From IMG/VR virus record IMGVR_UViG_3300032093_000012, positions 1-64,000 of that record: a stretch of 64,000 nt of DNA; one strand, 5' to 3'. The notes under the pieces are model-generated. The model saw nothing but the letters and a program-made list of their open reading frames with translations. It was not told the DNA's origin and did no database searches. Of this stretch, positions 46,542 through 56,452 are shown piece by piece (within the stretch, counting starts at the first letter, position 1; every line of letters begins with the position of its first letter). The stretch comes from a virus. The position numbers were made by a program, and so were the translations under genes.

Positions 46542-47294
46542 ATGACTCAACAACAAACAAGACTCAACAAGAAACAGAGAAGAGCATTAAGAGAACAAGG
46601 AGTAAGAGTAAACAACGAAGCAAACTTTAGAGTTAATTTTAATCTCAGAGAGATAAAACCTCTAACAGCTAACCAACAAAAAACATTTGAAGCATTCTCA
46701 TCAAAAAAGAATCTCATGCTTCATGGAATTGCTGGTACAGGAAAGAGCTTCATCTCATTATATCTGTCTCTTAAAGAATTGTTTGATGGTAATTGTGGAT
46801 ATAAAAAAGTCTATATTATTAGAAGTGTAGTACCAACACGCGACATGGGTTTCCTTCCTGGTAATCAAAAAGAAAAAGCAAAAGTGTACGAAGCACCGTA
46901 TTATGCAATTTGTTCAGAATTGTTTAATAGGGGTGATGCTTATGATGTACTTAAGACAAAAGATTATGTAGAATTCATTAGTACATCATTTGTACGTGGC
47001 ATCACACTCAATGATTGTATTGTTATTGTTGATGAAGTGGCTAACATGACTCTTCATGAGTTAGACTCTATCATCACACGTATTGGTAGAAACTGCAGGA
47101 TCATCTTCTGTGGAGACTTCAGACAGTCAGACTTTACTTTTGATAAAGATAAGAAGGGTCTTATTGATTTCATGAAGATCTTACAGAACATGAAAGCTTT
47201 TAGTTTCATTGATTTTGATATAGATGACATCGTTAGGTCATCACTAGTGAAAGAATATATTGTTGTTAAAGACAGACTTCAAATCGCGGCTTAG
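46542..47294 (+). CDS. phoH: PhoH-family ATPase
   Basis: G.AGTGKS, RDMGFLPG, RG.TL, VDE, CGDFRQSD and DIVRS motifs. Confidence 0.95.
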   Translation: MTQQQTRLNKKQRRALREQGVRVNNEANFRVNFNLREIKPLTANQQKTFEAFSSKKNLMLHGIAGTGKSFISLYLSLKELFDGNCGYKKVYIIRSVVPTRDMGFLPGNQKEKAKVYEAPYYAICSELFNRGDAYDVLKTKDYVEFISTSFVRGITLNDCIVIVDEVANMTLHELDSIITRIGRNCRIIFCGDFRQSDFTFDKDKKGLIDFMKILQNMKAFSFIDFDIDDIVRSSLVKEYIVVKDRLQIAA

Positions 47295-47970
47295 CGCCAC
47301 AAGACCAGTTTATAATAGAGGCAAAGTCTTCGAACATTTTTTTACAGAGTTCGAAGACTTTGAAGCTCGTATCATCGACGGTAAAAGATATTACTTCGCA
47401 CCAGATGGTGGTCAATACCCATCTGTTACTACGGTATTAGGTCAGCATAAAGATAAGACTCATCTGCAGAATTGGATCAATAACATTGGCCAAGAAAGAG
47501 CAGAACAGATTAAAGTACAGGCTGGTAACCGCGGTACTGCTATCCATTCTATATGTGAAGACTATCTACTCAATAAAGAGTATTATCCAGAAGGTGTCAT
47601 GCCTGCAAATGTCATGACTTTCTCGAGCATCAAACCAGTACTTGATAAGAGGATTGGTTTGATATATGCTATCGAAGCTCCACTCTATTCTAAGAGACTT
47701 AATACAGCAGGCAGAACAGACTGCATTGCAGAGTTCGATGGTGTTGTAAGCATCGTCGATTTTAAGACTTCGCTTAAGCCAAAGAAAGAAGAATGGATCG
47801 AAGACTACTTTCTGCAAGCCACATGTTATAGTATTATGGCAGAAGATCTTCGTAACCTCGAGATCCCTCAGATAGCTATTATCATAGCAGTTGATGGTCA
47901 GCCCGAACCCCAAGTTTTTGTCAAAGATAAATATCTTTACGTAGAGAAAGTCTTAAAAATCTTTGGCTAG
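47260..47970 (+). CDS. PD-(D/E)XK exonuclease
   Basis: YPSVTTVL, RGT..H, AGR.DC...IVDFKTS and YFLQ...Y motifs; exact start uncertain. Confidence 0.9.
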   Translation: MLLKTDFKSRLSATRPVYNRGKVFEHFFTEFEDFEARIIDGKRYYFAPDGGQYPSVTTVLGQHKDKTHLQNWINNIGQERAEQIKVQAGNRGTAIHSICEDYLLNKEYYPEGVMPANVMTFSSIKPVLDKRIGLIYAIEAPLYSKRLNTAGRTDCIAEFDGVVSIVDFKTSLKPKKEEWIEDYFLQATCYSIMAEDLRNLEIPQIAIIIAVDGQPEPQVFVKDKYLYVEKVLKIFG

Positions 47971-47981
47971 GGGAGACGATC

Positions 47982-48452
47982 ATGGATGTTACAATCTACG
48001 GTAAGCCGAGTAAGTGTCAGAGAAAGATCATAAGAAAAGCTGCACACTATTATGCATCCTGCTTGATGTCTAATCGACTATCAAGTAACGTATATGTAAC
48101 TGTTAGATTCAAAAAGAATCTATTTAAGAAAGAAGATTTTTACGGTGTATGTGACGCCCTCGACCTTAACAGGCCGAGGGATTTTGATATAGAGATAGAT
48201 GCTGATCTAACCTTTAAACAGACTCTTAGTGTACTAGCACATGAACTTGTCCATGTTAAACAATACGCAACAGGTCAACTAAGAGACTATAATACTTCTA
48301 AGAAAATTAGATGGAAGGGAGATATCCATATTAATGAATATGGATATGATCATATTGATGCATCTTATTGGAATGCTCCTTGGGAAAAAGAAGCATATCG
48401 TTTAGAAAAAACTTTAACGAGAAAGTTTATGAGATACTTTAGAGGATCATAA
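47982..48452 (+). CDS. HExxH metallopeptidase-like protein
   Basis: LAHELVHVKQY...Y...PWE.EA motif. Confidence 0.8.
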   Translation: MDVTIYGKPSKCQRKIIRKAAHYYASCLMSNRLSSNVYVTVRFKKNLFKKEDFYGVCDALDLNRPRDFDIEIDADLTFKQTLSVLAHELVHVKQYATGQLRDYNTSKKIRWKGDIHINEYGYDHIDASYWNAPWEKEAYRLEKTLTRKFMRYFRGS

Positions 48453-49580
48453 ATTAAATTTATCTATGATCTTAACTAGTTCAGAATTATAATCTTTAAG
48501 ATTATTATTATTTTCTTTTTCCATTAAGCTTAAATATTTTTTAAGATATCCATTCGTTTCATATTCAATATCGCATTTAAGAGCATTGTTAATCTTAGAC
48601 ATTAGATCATATTTTTTTATCTGATACATAGCTCTAAAGTTTTTAGGCAAATTTAAAATAGACATATATTTTGGATATTGTAAAACTGTGCATGTAAAAG
48701 TTATTTCTTGTTTTTCACAAAAATCTACTACTTCTTCAAATACATTAAAGTTTAATATACTATAAACACTATGAGTTCTTAGATACATATTATCTGTTTT
48801 ATTTTCTTTTATAAATTTAACAAAAGATAATATATCAGACCACTTACTACCATATCTAACATATTCATGATAATCACCAATAGCATCTATACTCATATCA
48901 ATATGAACTGCTTTAAATTTTTTAATTAGTTGCCAAATATTATCTTTAGGTATAATACTGGCATTAGTATTAAGCCATAATTCTACATTTGATATATCTA
49001 TTTTTGAATCTAATAAATTTAGAAACCAAAAAACATTATCACTATAAAATGGTTCACCACCACCCATCTTTAATATTTTTAATTTACTGTAATCTGTATT
49101 AGCAGCAACTCTTTTAAAATTATCTACATAACTAGTTAATTCATTATTTCTTTTGAATGAAAAACCATTTTCACTTAGTTCTTTTAAATTAGTTTTTTTA
49201 TTCCATGAAGAACTTTGTACAGGACTGCATGATAAGCAACTCATATTGCATATACTATCTACACTTATATGTAGTATTTCTAATTGAATATCTGTGTCTT
49301 CTATTATTTCATTCCAAAATAATCTAAGAGAATGTGAATTTTGTTTTTCGCCTTCTACACAATGATTGCAATTATCCGGTTGTATAGATTCTCTTAAGAT
49401 TTTCCATTCATCTGTATTTAATGCTTCATTAAAACTATTAATAGTTTGTATCTTATTATTATTCCAATTTACGTCTTTTCCATTTCTAAAAGAACAACAT
49501 GGTTTAACAACGCCACCATTAAGACCTGACATATGTGTTATAGCTACTTGCTTACACTGTAACTTACAATAAGATGTCAT
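48447..49580 (-). CDS. Radical SAM protein with N-terminal twitch/SPASM-like Cys cluster
   Basis: CNMSCLSC, GGEPF, NTN and SIDA....EYVRY motifs; N-terminal C..., PCC, C.HC...E. Confidence 0.9.
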   Translation of the reverse strand: MTSYCKLQCKQVAITHMSGLNGGVVKPCCSFRNGKDVNWNNNKIQTINSFNEALNTDEWKILRESIQPDNCNHCVEGEKQNSHSLRLFWNEIIEDTDIQLEILHISVDSICNMSCLSCSPVQSSSWNKKTNLKELSENGFSFKRNNELTSYVDNFKRVAANTDYSKLKILKMGGGEPFYSDNVFWFLNLLDSKIDISNVELWLNTNASIIPKDNIWQLIKKFKAVHIDMSIDAIGDYHEYVRYGSKWSDILSFVKFIKENKTDNMYLRTHSVYSILNFNVFEEVVDFCEKQEITFTCTVLQYPKYMSILNLPKNFRAMYQIKKYDLMSKINNALKCDIEYETNGYLKKYLSLMEKENNNNLKDYNSELVKIIDKFNL

Positions 49581-50645
49581 CTATTTTAATAACTCTTCTT
49601 TATAAAAGCTTTCTAATTTAATACCATCTTGTGTAAACTTTACAAGATTCTTTAAACTCTTTTCATTGATTTGCTTCTTAATGATAGCGTATGCTTTAGT
49701 CATATCATCACCAATAAACCATTCGTAATCACCACTATCATCATCTAAAGCTTTCTTTGCAGCAGGATCAGCTAGCATCTTTTTAATTGATGCTCTAATA
49801 TGTTCTGCATTTGGATTTGACTTACCAACCCATAGGCTCTTCTGTAGAACATCTCTAAAGTTCTTTACAAGAACATAAGCATCATAGAATTCACCTGATG
49901 GTGCTACTCCCCACTTTTCTTTATAGAGATCTTCGAAGTGATTGGTATTGTAGTTTTTGTCTTTTACGATCTTACCGGTCTTAAGATCAAGAACACCATG
50001 AGAGAACCAAAGCTTGTAATCACCTTTCTCGATCATTGGATTAATAAACTTAAGATGAGATGAATACGTCTCACGCACTGTATTAAGTTCACCACGAAGA
50101 GCAGCAAGTCTTGCCTCTGCTGGTTTCATTCCCTTAACAAAAATCATCTTATCATTATAACACTTGATGTATGCATCCATGTTTGGTTGTGGCCCACAGA
50201 TCATCATAACAATTGCCATAACATCTGGTCTTCTACCTGATGTAGAACCAAACTTTACTTTTTCTTTATAAGGATCAAACTTAGTGCTATGACTTACTAC
50301 AATATTTAAGTTAACAAGACCAATTGGTTCATAGTGCTTATAATCATAGTCGACTTTATCTGTCAAGAAACTCTCAGCATTTCCACCGTGTGCAACCATG
50401 ATTGCATATGGATCTTTCTGCAACTCATTATGAAATCTATTGAATCCAGGAATATCATTAGCACCCGGAATATGTTCTACAATAACTTTAGTACCAATAA
50501 ACTTTTCAAGATGTTGAGCAATGATGTTTGCCCAAACTGATGTGCCACCGCCCGGTTCTTGTGGAACGATTAGTCTATATGATTGTTGTGCATAAACTGT
50601 TGTTGAAAACAATAGTGCCATGAAAAACGCTAATAATCTATGCAT
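49581..50645 (-). CDS. tctC: Tripartite tricarboxylate transporter solute-binding protein (TctC/Bug-like, divergent)
   Basis: Sec signal ending VYA-Q; LIVPQEPGGGTSVWA..IA..L...V.VEHIPGA; ALRGE motif; TctA gene in the same operon. Confidence 0.75.
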   Translation of the reverse strand: MHRLLAFFMALLFSTTVYAQQSYRLIVPQEPGGGTSVWANIIAQHLEKFIGTKVIVEHIPGANDIPGFNRFHNELQKDPYAIMVAHGGNAESFLTDKVDYDYKHYEPIGLVNLNIVVSHSTKFDPYKEKVKFGSTSGRRPDVMAIVMMICGPQPNMDAYIKCYNDKMIFVKGMKPAEARLAALRGELNTVRETYSSHLKFINPMIEKGDYKLWFSHGVLDLKTGKIVKDKNYNTNHFEDLYKEKWGVAPSGEFYDAYVLVKNFRDVLQKSLWVGKSNPNAEHIRASIKKMLADPAAKKALDDDSGDYEWFIGDDMTKAYAIIKKQINEKSLKNLVKFTQDGIKLESFYKEELLK

Positions 50646-50648
50646 AGT

Positions 50649-51518
50649 TCACTCCGTGTATGTTATAACATGAATTTTAGTTATACCAAATAATTCTTTT
50701 TTAAGTTGTTCAATATCATTAGTAATAACTTTACCAACAACACCTTTACCTATTGTTGTTTCTAGATTATTTATATCTATATCAATAGATTTAAGATAAT
50801 CTTTTTTTTCTCTTAACCACATGAATAAATTTTTTGCAGTATTTTTACCTATAAAATCATCTAAAACTATATTAAAATCTGAACTTATCTTATGTTGTGG
50901 TAAAATATTTTCATCACCAACATAATCGTCTTGATCTTTAAATACATCAAAAAGATCTTTACCTTTATGACAATATTTTAAATATACATCACCTGCTTTT
51001 ACTCTAGGATAAAAAGCTTTCTTTTCTTCTAAAGTCATTTCTCTAGTAGGTCTATTTTTATAGCTTACAGTAATTTTTGCTGTGTGTCTTTTAGCAATGA
51101 ATCCTTCGTATCTATGAATCAATACATTGAACAACGTTACAGCATCTTTTACTTCTCTTGGAGAATTAATATACCACTCTGGTGGACTTTCATCTTTACC
51201 TCTTAATTGCTCAAAAAATGTATGAAGATAATTCATAGCTTCTTGATCAGGATTTAAATCCAATTTATAATTAATAATATTATCATATGAATTAACTACG
51301 TCAATGCACTCATTCATTTTTATTATAGTATTTTCTGGTGACCACTCGTCATTGAGATGATATATCCTATCTGTCTCAACTAACCAACAATTTTTACTTA
51401 AGATTGCTTCTTTAAGTAAAGCTGCCCATGATTGACCAAGAATATTATTTGCAGGTTCTATGTCAATTTTATGCATAGAACCTGTTTTTTCATTTAAAAG
51501 ATAAAGGTGAAATAACAT
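50649..51518 (-). CDS. Hypothetical protein of the transporter/radical SAM operon
   Basis: 289 aa, very AT-rich; NYLH..FE, N.LIHRYE and GD.YL.Y.H.GK motifs. Confidence 0.7.
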   Translation of the reverse strand: MLFHLYLLNEKTGSMHKIDIEPANNILGQSWAALLKEAILSKNCWLVETDRIYHLNDEWSPENTIIKMNECIDVVNSYDNIINYKLDLNPDQEAMNYLHTFFEQLRGKDESPPEWYINSPREVKDAVTLFNVLIHRYEGFIAKRHTAKITVSYKNRPTREMTLEEKKAFYPRVKAGDVYLKYCHKGKDLFDVFKDQDDYVGDENILPQHKISSDFNIVLDDFIGKNTAKNLFMWLREKKDYLKSIDIDINNLETTIGKGVVGKVITNDIEQLKKELFGITKIHVITYTE

Positions 51519-52245
51519 GATAAAATGGACCCAAGTCTCTAGCTTTATTTAATAGTTCATTAGTTTTTGTAGTTGTGTAACCGGTAATTTGCAACATCGG
51601 TCTATCATCCCAACCCATGTTTGCTGTACAATGTGGAATATCTTTCCATTCCCATGTGATGCAATCACCTGCTAACCACTGCCAATACATGGCATTACCA
51701 AGTTGAAATATTTGTCCTGGCTTCCAGTCATCTAGCATGATAGCAAACCTACGCATGATATCTGGGTTCTCATCCATCTCGGTATTTTTAAAACTATTAT
51801 CTCTTTCAGGTCTAGCAGCAAAGTTATCGATATGTAGATGAAGCATCTGACCAGTCTTTTGGTTATGAAACTTGATAGCAGGATTTTCTATACCAAGATA
51901 TTCAGCAATGTATTTAAATACTGGTTCATCATCTGCTGCAGCTCTTAAAAATATTTCTTGATTTGGATCAGCACCTGCTCTGATCAAATCTTGTTGTTCT
52001 GCAGAAGCAGAATATAATCCTTCTTGTGCAATCTTTGGATTAAAATTGTTTCGAGTTGCCCATGTGCTTGCCTGTGCAACTGGAATATATTTTTCAATAA
52101 CATTTTTAAAATAAAAATGAAAGTTACCAACAAATGTATAGCTATCTTTACCGTGCTCAGGATCTCTCATATTATCAAAGTGCCATTTACTTTGACTCTT
52201 CATATATTCCCAACGACTTCCATTCCAATCTTGATAATTTGTCAT
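51490..52245 (-). CDS. Probable Fe(II)/2-oxoglutarate or cupin-type oxygenase
   Basis: Q..GQML.LHID (HxD), distal PHCTAN (H) and R..LQITG, fitting a double-stranded beta-helix facial triad. Confidence 0.65.
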   Translation of the reverse strand: MTNYQDWNGSRWEYMKSQSKWHFDNMRDPEHGKDSYTFVGNFHFYFKNVIEKYIPVAQASTWATRNNFNPKIAQEGLYSASAEQQDLIRAGADPNQEIFLRAAADDEPVFKYIAEYLGIENPAIKFHNQKTGQMLHLHIDNFAARPERDNSFKNTEMDENPDIMRRFAIMLDDWKPGQIFQLGNAMYWQWLAGDCITWEWKDIPHCTANMGWDDRPMLQITGYTTTKTNELLNKARDLGPFYHVISPLSFK

Positions 52246-53693
52246 GTATATGTTATCCTTGTCTTGTTAAAGAATATTCCATAGATTGCTAGCATAATAG
52301 ATACTATTATTAAAGTCAATGATATTGGTCTTGTAAAGACTGTGTACCAATCAAATAAAGTTGTATATTGATAGTACATTTTTTCTATCTGATCTGATAA
52401 AACAAACCCAATAATAAATGCAGCTCTACTTATACTAAAGTGTTTTAATAAGAAACCTAAAACTATGAAGACTGCTAAGATAAAATAGTCTTCCCAATAA
52501 CCAGTATACTGCACACAGCTCCACACCAATAGCGCAGATAAAACATAGAACCATATAGAGAATGGTATCTTAAATATATAAGTGATATATTTAATCATGA
52601 CCATAGATACAGCAAATGTTAAAACTAATGAAGCCATATAACTATAGTTCAGAGCTTTAAAGAAAGTCATATCTTTTAATAAGTTTGGTGTTCCTAGTTC
52701 AATACCAACTAAGATAAACAAACTTAAGATGATAGCTTCAAATGGTGCTGCTGGTATACCAAACAAAACTGTTGGTATATATCCAGTTGCTTTCTGAGAG
52801 TTATTAGCACCCTCACAACCAATAACACCCTTGATATTACCTTCACCAAACGGTATCTTTTCATTTTTATTTATTGCTACAGTCTGGCTATACGCTACCC
52901 AGTCTGCGACTGCACCACCAACACCAGGCAATACACCAATAAATGCACCGATAGCACCTCCACGAATGCTATCTTTCCAATGTATGAAAGTATCTTTTAT
53001 TCCTTGTATAGTTTGATTCTTTGCATCAACTATCTTTGTAGTCGTAGCATTATATCCTGTTCTATATGCTTCAATTAGTTCAGGAAATGCTAAGACTCCT
53101 GCGAGAACCGGCATGATTTGAATACCAGCTTTTATGTATTCCCAATCTAATGTCCATCTAGCTGCATTAGTAGTTGGATGTTGACCAACCATTCCAAGAA
53201 ATATACCAAGACATAGACCAAATATTCCTCTCACCCACTTATCACTTGTTATAAATGTAACGCAAGTGAAAGCTAATATCAGAAAACATAATAGTTCAGG
53301 AATACCAAAAGCTAATACTGCTTTAGAATAGAACGGCAAAAAAACAAGAGCGATGATTCCGAATATAAAACCATTCAAAGTTGATGTAGTAATAGCAGCA
53401 CTTAATGCACGAGCCGCTTGACCCTTTTTAGCCAAAGGAAAGCCATCAACGATGGTTGCTGCAGATCCGGATGCTCCGGGTATATTGAGAACAATACTTG
53501 CAAAGCTATCACCTATGGTGCTTGCTACAACTATAGCTGTCGTGAAAACTACTAGTGTGTATGGATCTGCTCTAAAGAAATCTAAAAAGCCGTAAATGGT
53601 AATTAGCGCAGTGCTAGCACCGGCGACTGGTATCAAACCAATTAAAAATCCATATGCTGTACCAAACAGCAACCATAATATATAATCAAACAT
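52242..53693 (-). CDS. tctA: Tripartite tricarboxylate transporter large permease
   Basis: Polytopic; G..IGLIP.AG, S..LNIPG...S.AT.VDGFPLAKKG.A.RAL, G.LPG.GG, EGANNS and P...FGIP motifs. Confidence 0.92.
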   Translation of the reverse strand: MFDYILWLLFGTAYGFLIGLIPVAGASTALITIYGFLDFFRADPYTLVVFTTAIVVASTIGDSFASIVLNIPGASGSAATIVDGFPLAKKGQAARALSAAITTSTLNGFIFGIIALVFLPFYSKAVLAFGIPELLCFLILAFTCVTFITSDKWVRGIFGLCLGIFLGMVGQHPTTNAARWTLDWEYIKAGIQIMPVLAGVLAFPELIEAYRTGYNATTTKIVDAKNQTIQGIKDTFIHWKDSIRGGAIGAFIGVLPGVGGAVADWVAYSQTVAINKNEKIPFGEGNIKGVIGCEGANNSQKATGYIPTVLFGIPAAPFEAIILSLFILVGIELGTPNLLKDMTFFKALNYSYMASLVLTFAVSMVMIKYITYIFKIPFSIWFYVLSALLVWSCVQYTGYWEDYFILAVFIVLGFLLKHFSISRAAFIIGFVLSDQIEKMYYQYTTLFDWYTVFTRPISLTLIIVSIMLAIYGIFFNKTRITYT

Positions 53694-54410
53694 TTATAAT
53701 GACAGTTCTTTATCCTTCAAGCTCTTTTCATATTTATCCATCTTGTCAAGGTAACCCCTGTTACGAAGTTCTTTGAATACAAGATTCTCTTGACTGAACT
53801 CACCACCCTTAGCAATGGCTGCTCCTCTCATGTCTCTTATCTTTGCCTTAAGAGATTGAAATGCCTCTGCGTCCATCTTACTCTTAATCATATGATCTAT
53901 AAGATGCATATAGTCTGAAACTTTTTTCTTAAGATTCTTATCTGTATTAAAGTTGTAAGAACCTTTTGTAGGTTGAACTACCCACTTGTTATTCTTCAAA
54001 GAAAAAACACCCTGTCCTTTCGGATAGGATGTTACAGGATCTTGTGCGTATGGTTCGAGCGAGTAGCCATAGACTTTAACGTCATGTGTTAGTGTCCATA
54101 AAACTTTCTTACTCTGCAGGTAGTCATCAACTAGTTTTCTTTCACCAAGCTTATTTCTATCTATGATTAGATGAACATCAATATCAGACTTTTCGGTGTA
54201 ATTATAATTTACATTACCACCAACCATGATGATATCTTGGATAAGATTCTTTGGGATACTAGCATAGTCTGCCCACGTATCAGCAAACTTCAACAGTTTT
54301 GCTCTTACTTCTGGCTTAAGCTTATTGCCGTTCCACAGTTTAGGATTAAGCTCATCATGATACTGAAGGCTTATCTTTAATTCTTCTAGATATGAATAAA
54401 ATGGTTTCAT
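53694..54410 (-). CDS. Pol-beta-superfamily nucleotidyltransferase
   Basis: GG..NYNY...SDIDVH catalytic signature; GEFS.ENLVFK.LR..GY C-terminal motif. Confidence 0.8.
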   Translation of the reverse strand: MKPFYSYLEELKISLQYHDELNPKLWNGNKLKPEVRAKLLKFADTWADYASIPKNLIQDIIMVGGNVNYNYTEKSDIDVHLIIDRNKLGERKLVDDYLQSKKVLWTLTHDVKVYGYSLEPYAQDPVTSYPKGQGVFSLKNNKWVVQPTKGSYNFNTDKNLKKKVSDYMHLIDHMIKSKMDAEAFQSLKAKIRDMRGAAIAKGGEFSQENLVFKELRNRGYLDKMDKYEKSLKDKELSL

Positions 54411-54422
54411 AGCACCCTCGTT

Positions 54423-54647
54423 TTAAGTATTTATAATGAGGCCTGCTATATAAAGTGCTGACACGACAAGTTGGATTATGATTAGAGACCATTTTTTCCA
54501 CATGTAACCAACTATAAGCCAGCCTAAGTTACCAGCTAAACTAAAATAAATATTAAGAGGATATATGTTCCAAGCAGTCAGCGCCACACCAATCATTAAA
54601 ATTGCTGTAGCAGTCCACTCCATCCACCATTCAAAAGACTTCACCAA
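54423..54647 (-). CDS. Small membrane protein
   Basis: 74 aa with three hydrophobic segments; EW.AT...NIYP.N motif. Confidence 0.75.
   Translation of the reverse strand: MVKSFEWWMEWTATAILMIGVALTAWNIYPLNIYFSLAGNLGWLIVGYMWKKWSLIIIQLVVSALYIAGLIINT
54428..54435 (-). promoter_or_regulatory. Late promoter TATAAATA upstream of the nucleotidyltransferase-TctA operon
   Basis: Exact consensus 18 bp before the ATG; overlaps the last codons of the upstream ORF. Confidence 0.65.
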
Positions 54648-54790
54648 TGTCTAATCACTCCCGCTACAATAAAAATATTAGTTATGATATAGCATAGTAC
54701 TATGGCAGTCCTAATGATAGCAATTAAGTCTGCTTCTTTATCATCATTACTTGCTTTTTCTCCTAGCGATTTTGCCCAGAGTCTCCACAT
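54641..54790 (-). CDS. Small conserved phage membrane protein, 49 aa
   Basis: Manual translation: MWRLWAKSLGEKASNDDKEADLIAIIRTAIVLCYIITNIFIVAGVIRHW*; coupled to the clpP stop. Confidence 0.75.
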   Translation of the reverse strand: MWRLWAKSLGEKASNDDKEADLIAIIRTAIVLCYIITNIFIVAGVIRHW

Positions 54791-55353
54791 CAATAGAACT
54801 CTACTATCTCATCTGCTATGCCATACTTTACAGCTTCTTTTGCTGTAAGCCAAACATCTTCTGCCGGGAGAAGGTATTTCTTGATTGATTTTTCATCTAA
54901 ACCAGTACAGCGTTTATAGTGTTCAACAATTCTAGCATGTGTATTATTAAATTCTTTGACACGAGCCATCAACTCGTGTTCTTTACCATAACTACCCCAT
55001 GAATACTGGTGTGAAAGAATGGCAGTATTTCTTGTAACATATCTATGACCCTTTTCGCCAGCAATGAATGTCATAAGACCACAACTAGCAATCTCACCAA
55101 GACCATACGTAAATACTGGAATCTTAGATCCCTTGATAGTGTCGATAAGTGCAAATGCTGAACCAACTTCGCCACCCGGTGAATTGATTATCATCTTAAT
55201 ATGTTTAGGACGATCTTTCCTCATCAAGTTTCTTGCTATGATGAATTCCATTGCATCACCGCATGAACTAGGATCAAAATCTTTATTGAACAATAGATAG
55301 TGATGATCTTCTATACTTGGAATACTTGTAATCTTATCTTCTTTATCACTCAT
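54790..55353 (-). CDS. clpP: ClpP-family protease
   Basis: INSPGG, G.IASCG (Ser), SHQ (His), D.WL.A.EA..YG..D (Asp). Confidence 0.9.
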   Translation of the reverse strand: MSDKEDKITSIPSIEDHHYLLFNKDFDPSSCGDAMEFIIARNLMRKDRPKHIKMIINSPGGEVGSAFALIDTIKGSKIPVFTYGLGEIASCGLMTFIAGEKGHRYVTRNTAILSHQYSWGSYGKEHELMARVKEFNNTHARIVEHYKRCTGLDEKSIKKYLLPAEDVWLTAKEAVKYGIADEIVEFY

Positions 55354-55507
55354 CGCGACTTACACTCTTTGTTTGATGAACTAACCAAGCAATAGCAACA
55401 ACTTTTTCAGAGTCAGTCATTGTCTCTGATTTAATAACTCTATCTATATGTTCTAAGATTTGTCTAAGCCAATTTATTTCAACTGTTAGAAGATCCACAT
55501 GTGGCAT
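55346..55507 (-). CDS. Small hypothetical protein, 53 aa
   Basis: GGAG Shine-Dalgarno; MPHVDLLTVEINWLRQILEHIDRVIKS...; overlaps the clpP start. Confidence 0.6.
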   Translation of the reverse strand: MPHVDLLTVEINWLRQILEHIDRVIKSETMTDSEKVVAIAWLVHQTKSVSRDE

Positions 55508-55621
55508 TATATAACTCCAGTTGTTTTCGACACAGACAAAGATCTTTAGATAAAAAAACTATTTGATCTTTCTCTGTGTCTAATATTATATTATAGCTAT
55601 ATCGCTGTATAAGTACGTATC

Positions 55622-56437
55622 TCACGCTACTACTGGTTTACGATATCCTAATATTTTATTCACAGGAAAATAACCAACTTGCACTGATTTTGCTGTGTTA
55701 CCACCATAAACTTTTATGTATTTAACACCTTCAAACCATTCGTAGCCTTCAAAGAAACCTACATGGCCTGCCATTTGATTACTTCCTCTTTTAGTGACAA
55801 CTATATCACCAATCTCTGGTTCTTTTGTTACCACACCGTAGTGTAAGAAGCTACGGGCCATTAAGCTTCCAGATGTTTCATAACCAGAACGTGCTAATAT
55901 AGCATTCACAAATCCTGCACACCAAGGAATTCTAACAGGATCTACAGGCTGATTATTGTTACCTGCAGCCATCAAGTTTTTAAGTTCGCCACGATTCTTT
56001 TTGGCGTTCTTGCCTTCCCACTTCTTCGCTTCAGCATAGACTGGTTTTGCAACATGTTCTTCTTTGCAAATAAACCAAAAACAATCTTTACGAACTTCGA
56101 GTGCTGTTTTCTTTGGAAGACTCTCGTTCTTTTTAATACCAAGAGAAGAAGCAACTTGTTGTTGCTGTCTTTGCTGTTCTGCTCTTGCACGCTCTCTAGC
56201 CCAGTACTGAGAAGAAGTCTCTTCACTAGTTTCAAACACGAGATCATTGATAACAGTTTGTGGTCTTGGTGCTTGTGCTTGTTGCACTTTCTTTACAGGT
56301 TTTTTCTTAACCTGTTTCTTCTTTTTCTTTACCTGCTGCGAGACCTGAGTATTTTCATTGTTTGGCCTAGCTTCTGCAAGATTTGCTAACGCAAATGGTG
56401 CCAGCATCAGTGACACAATTAAAATAATCTTTTTCAT
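55622..56437 (-). CDS. Exported TIGR02594 / NlpC-P60-like cysteine peptidase
   Basis: Signal peptide; PWCAGFVN (Cys), ARSF..YG, GDIVV..RG, GHVGF (His), GGN motifs. Confidence 0.85.
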   Translation of the reverse strand: MKKIILIVSLMLAPFALANLAEARPNNENTQVSQQVKKKKKQVKKKPVKKVQQAQAPRPQTVINDLVFETSEETSSQYWARERARAEQQRQQQQVASSLGIKKNESLPKKTALEVRKDCFWFICKEEHVAKPVYAEAKKWEGKNAKKNRGELKNLMAAGNNNQPVDPVRIPWCAGFVNAILARSGYETSGSLMARSFLHYGVVTKEPEIGDIVVTKRGSNQMAGHVGFFEGYEWFEGVKYIKVYGGNTAKSVQVGYFPVNKILGYRKPVVA

Positions 56438-56452
56438 GCATTTTCCTTTTTG

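Noticed and set aside
47260-47970. Cas4 as part of a CRISPR system
   Set aside because: Lacks the four-Cys Fe-S cluster pattern and any cas context; it is the exonuclease commonly found beside phoH in T4-like phages.
48447-53693. Host chromosomal DNA or a prophage boundary
   Set aside because: Flanked on both sides by coupled phage genes, preceded by a T4 late promoter, with no integrase or att-like repeat; read mapping is still advisable.
54790-55353. ClpP as the capsid maturation protease
   Set aside because: A bona fide gp21 protease is present in the head cluster and this gene lies among accessory genes.
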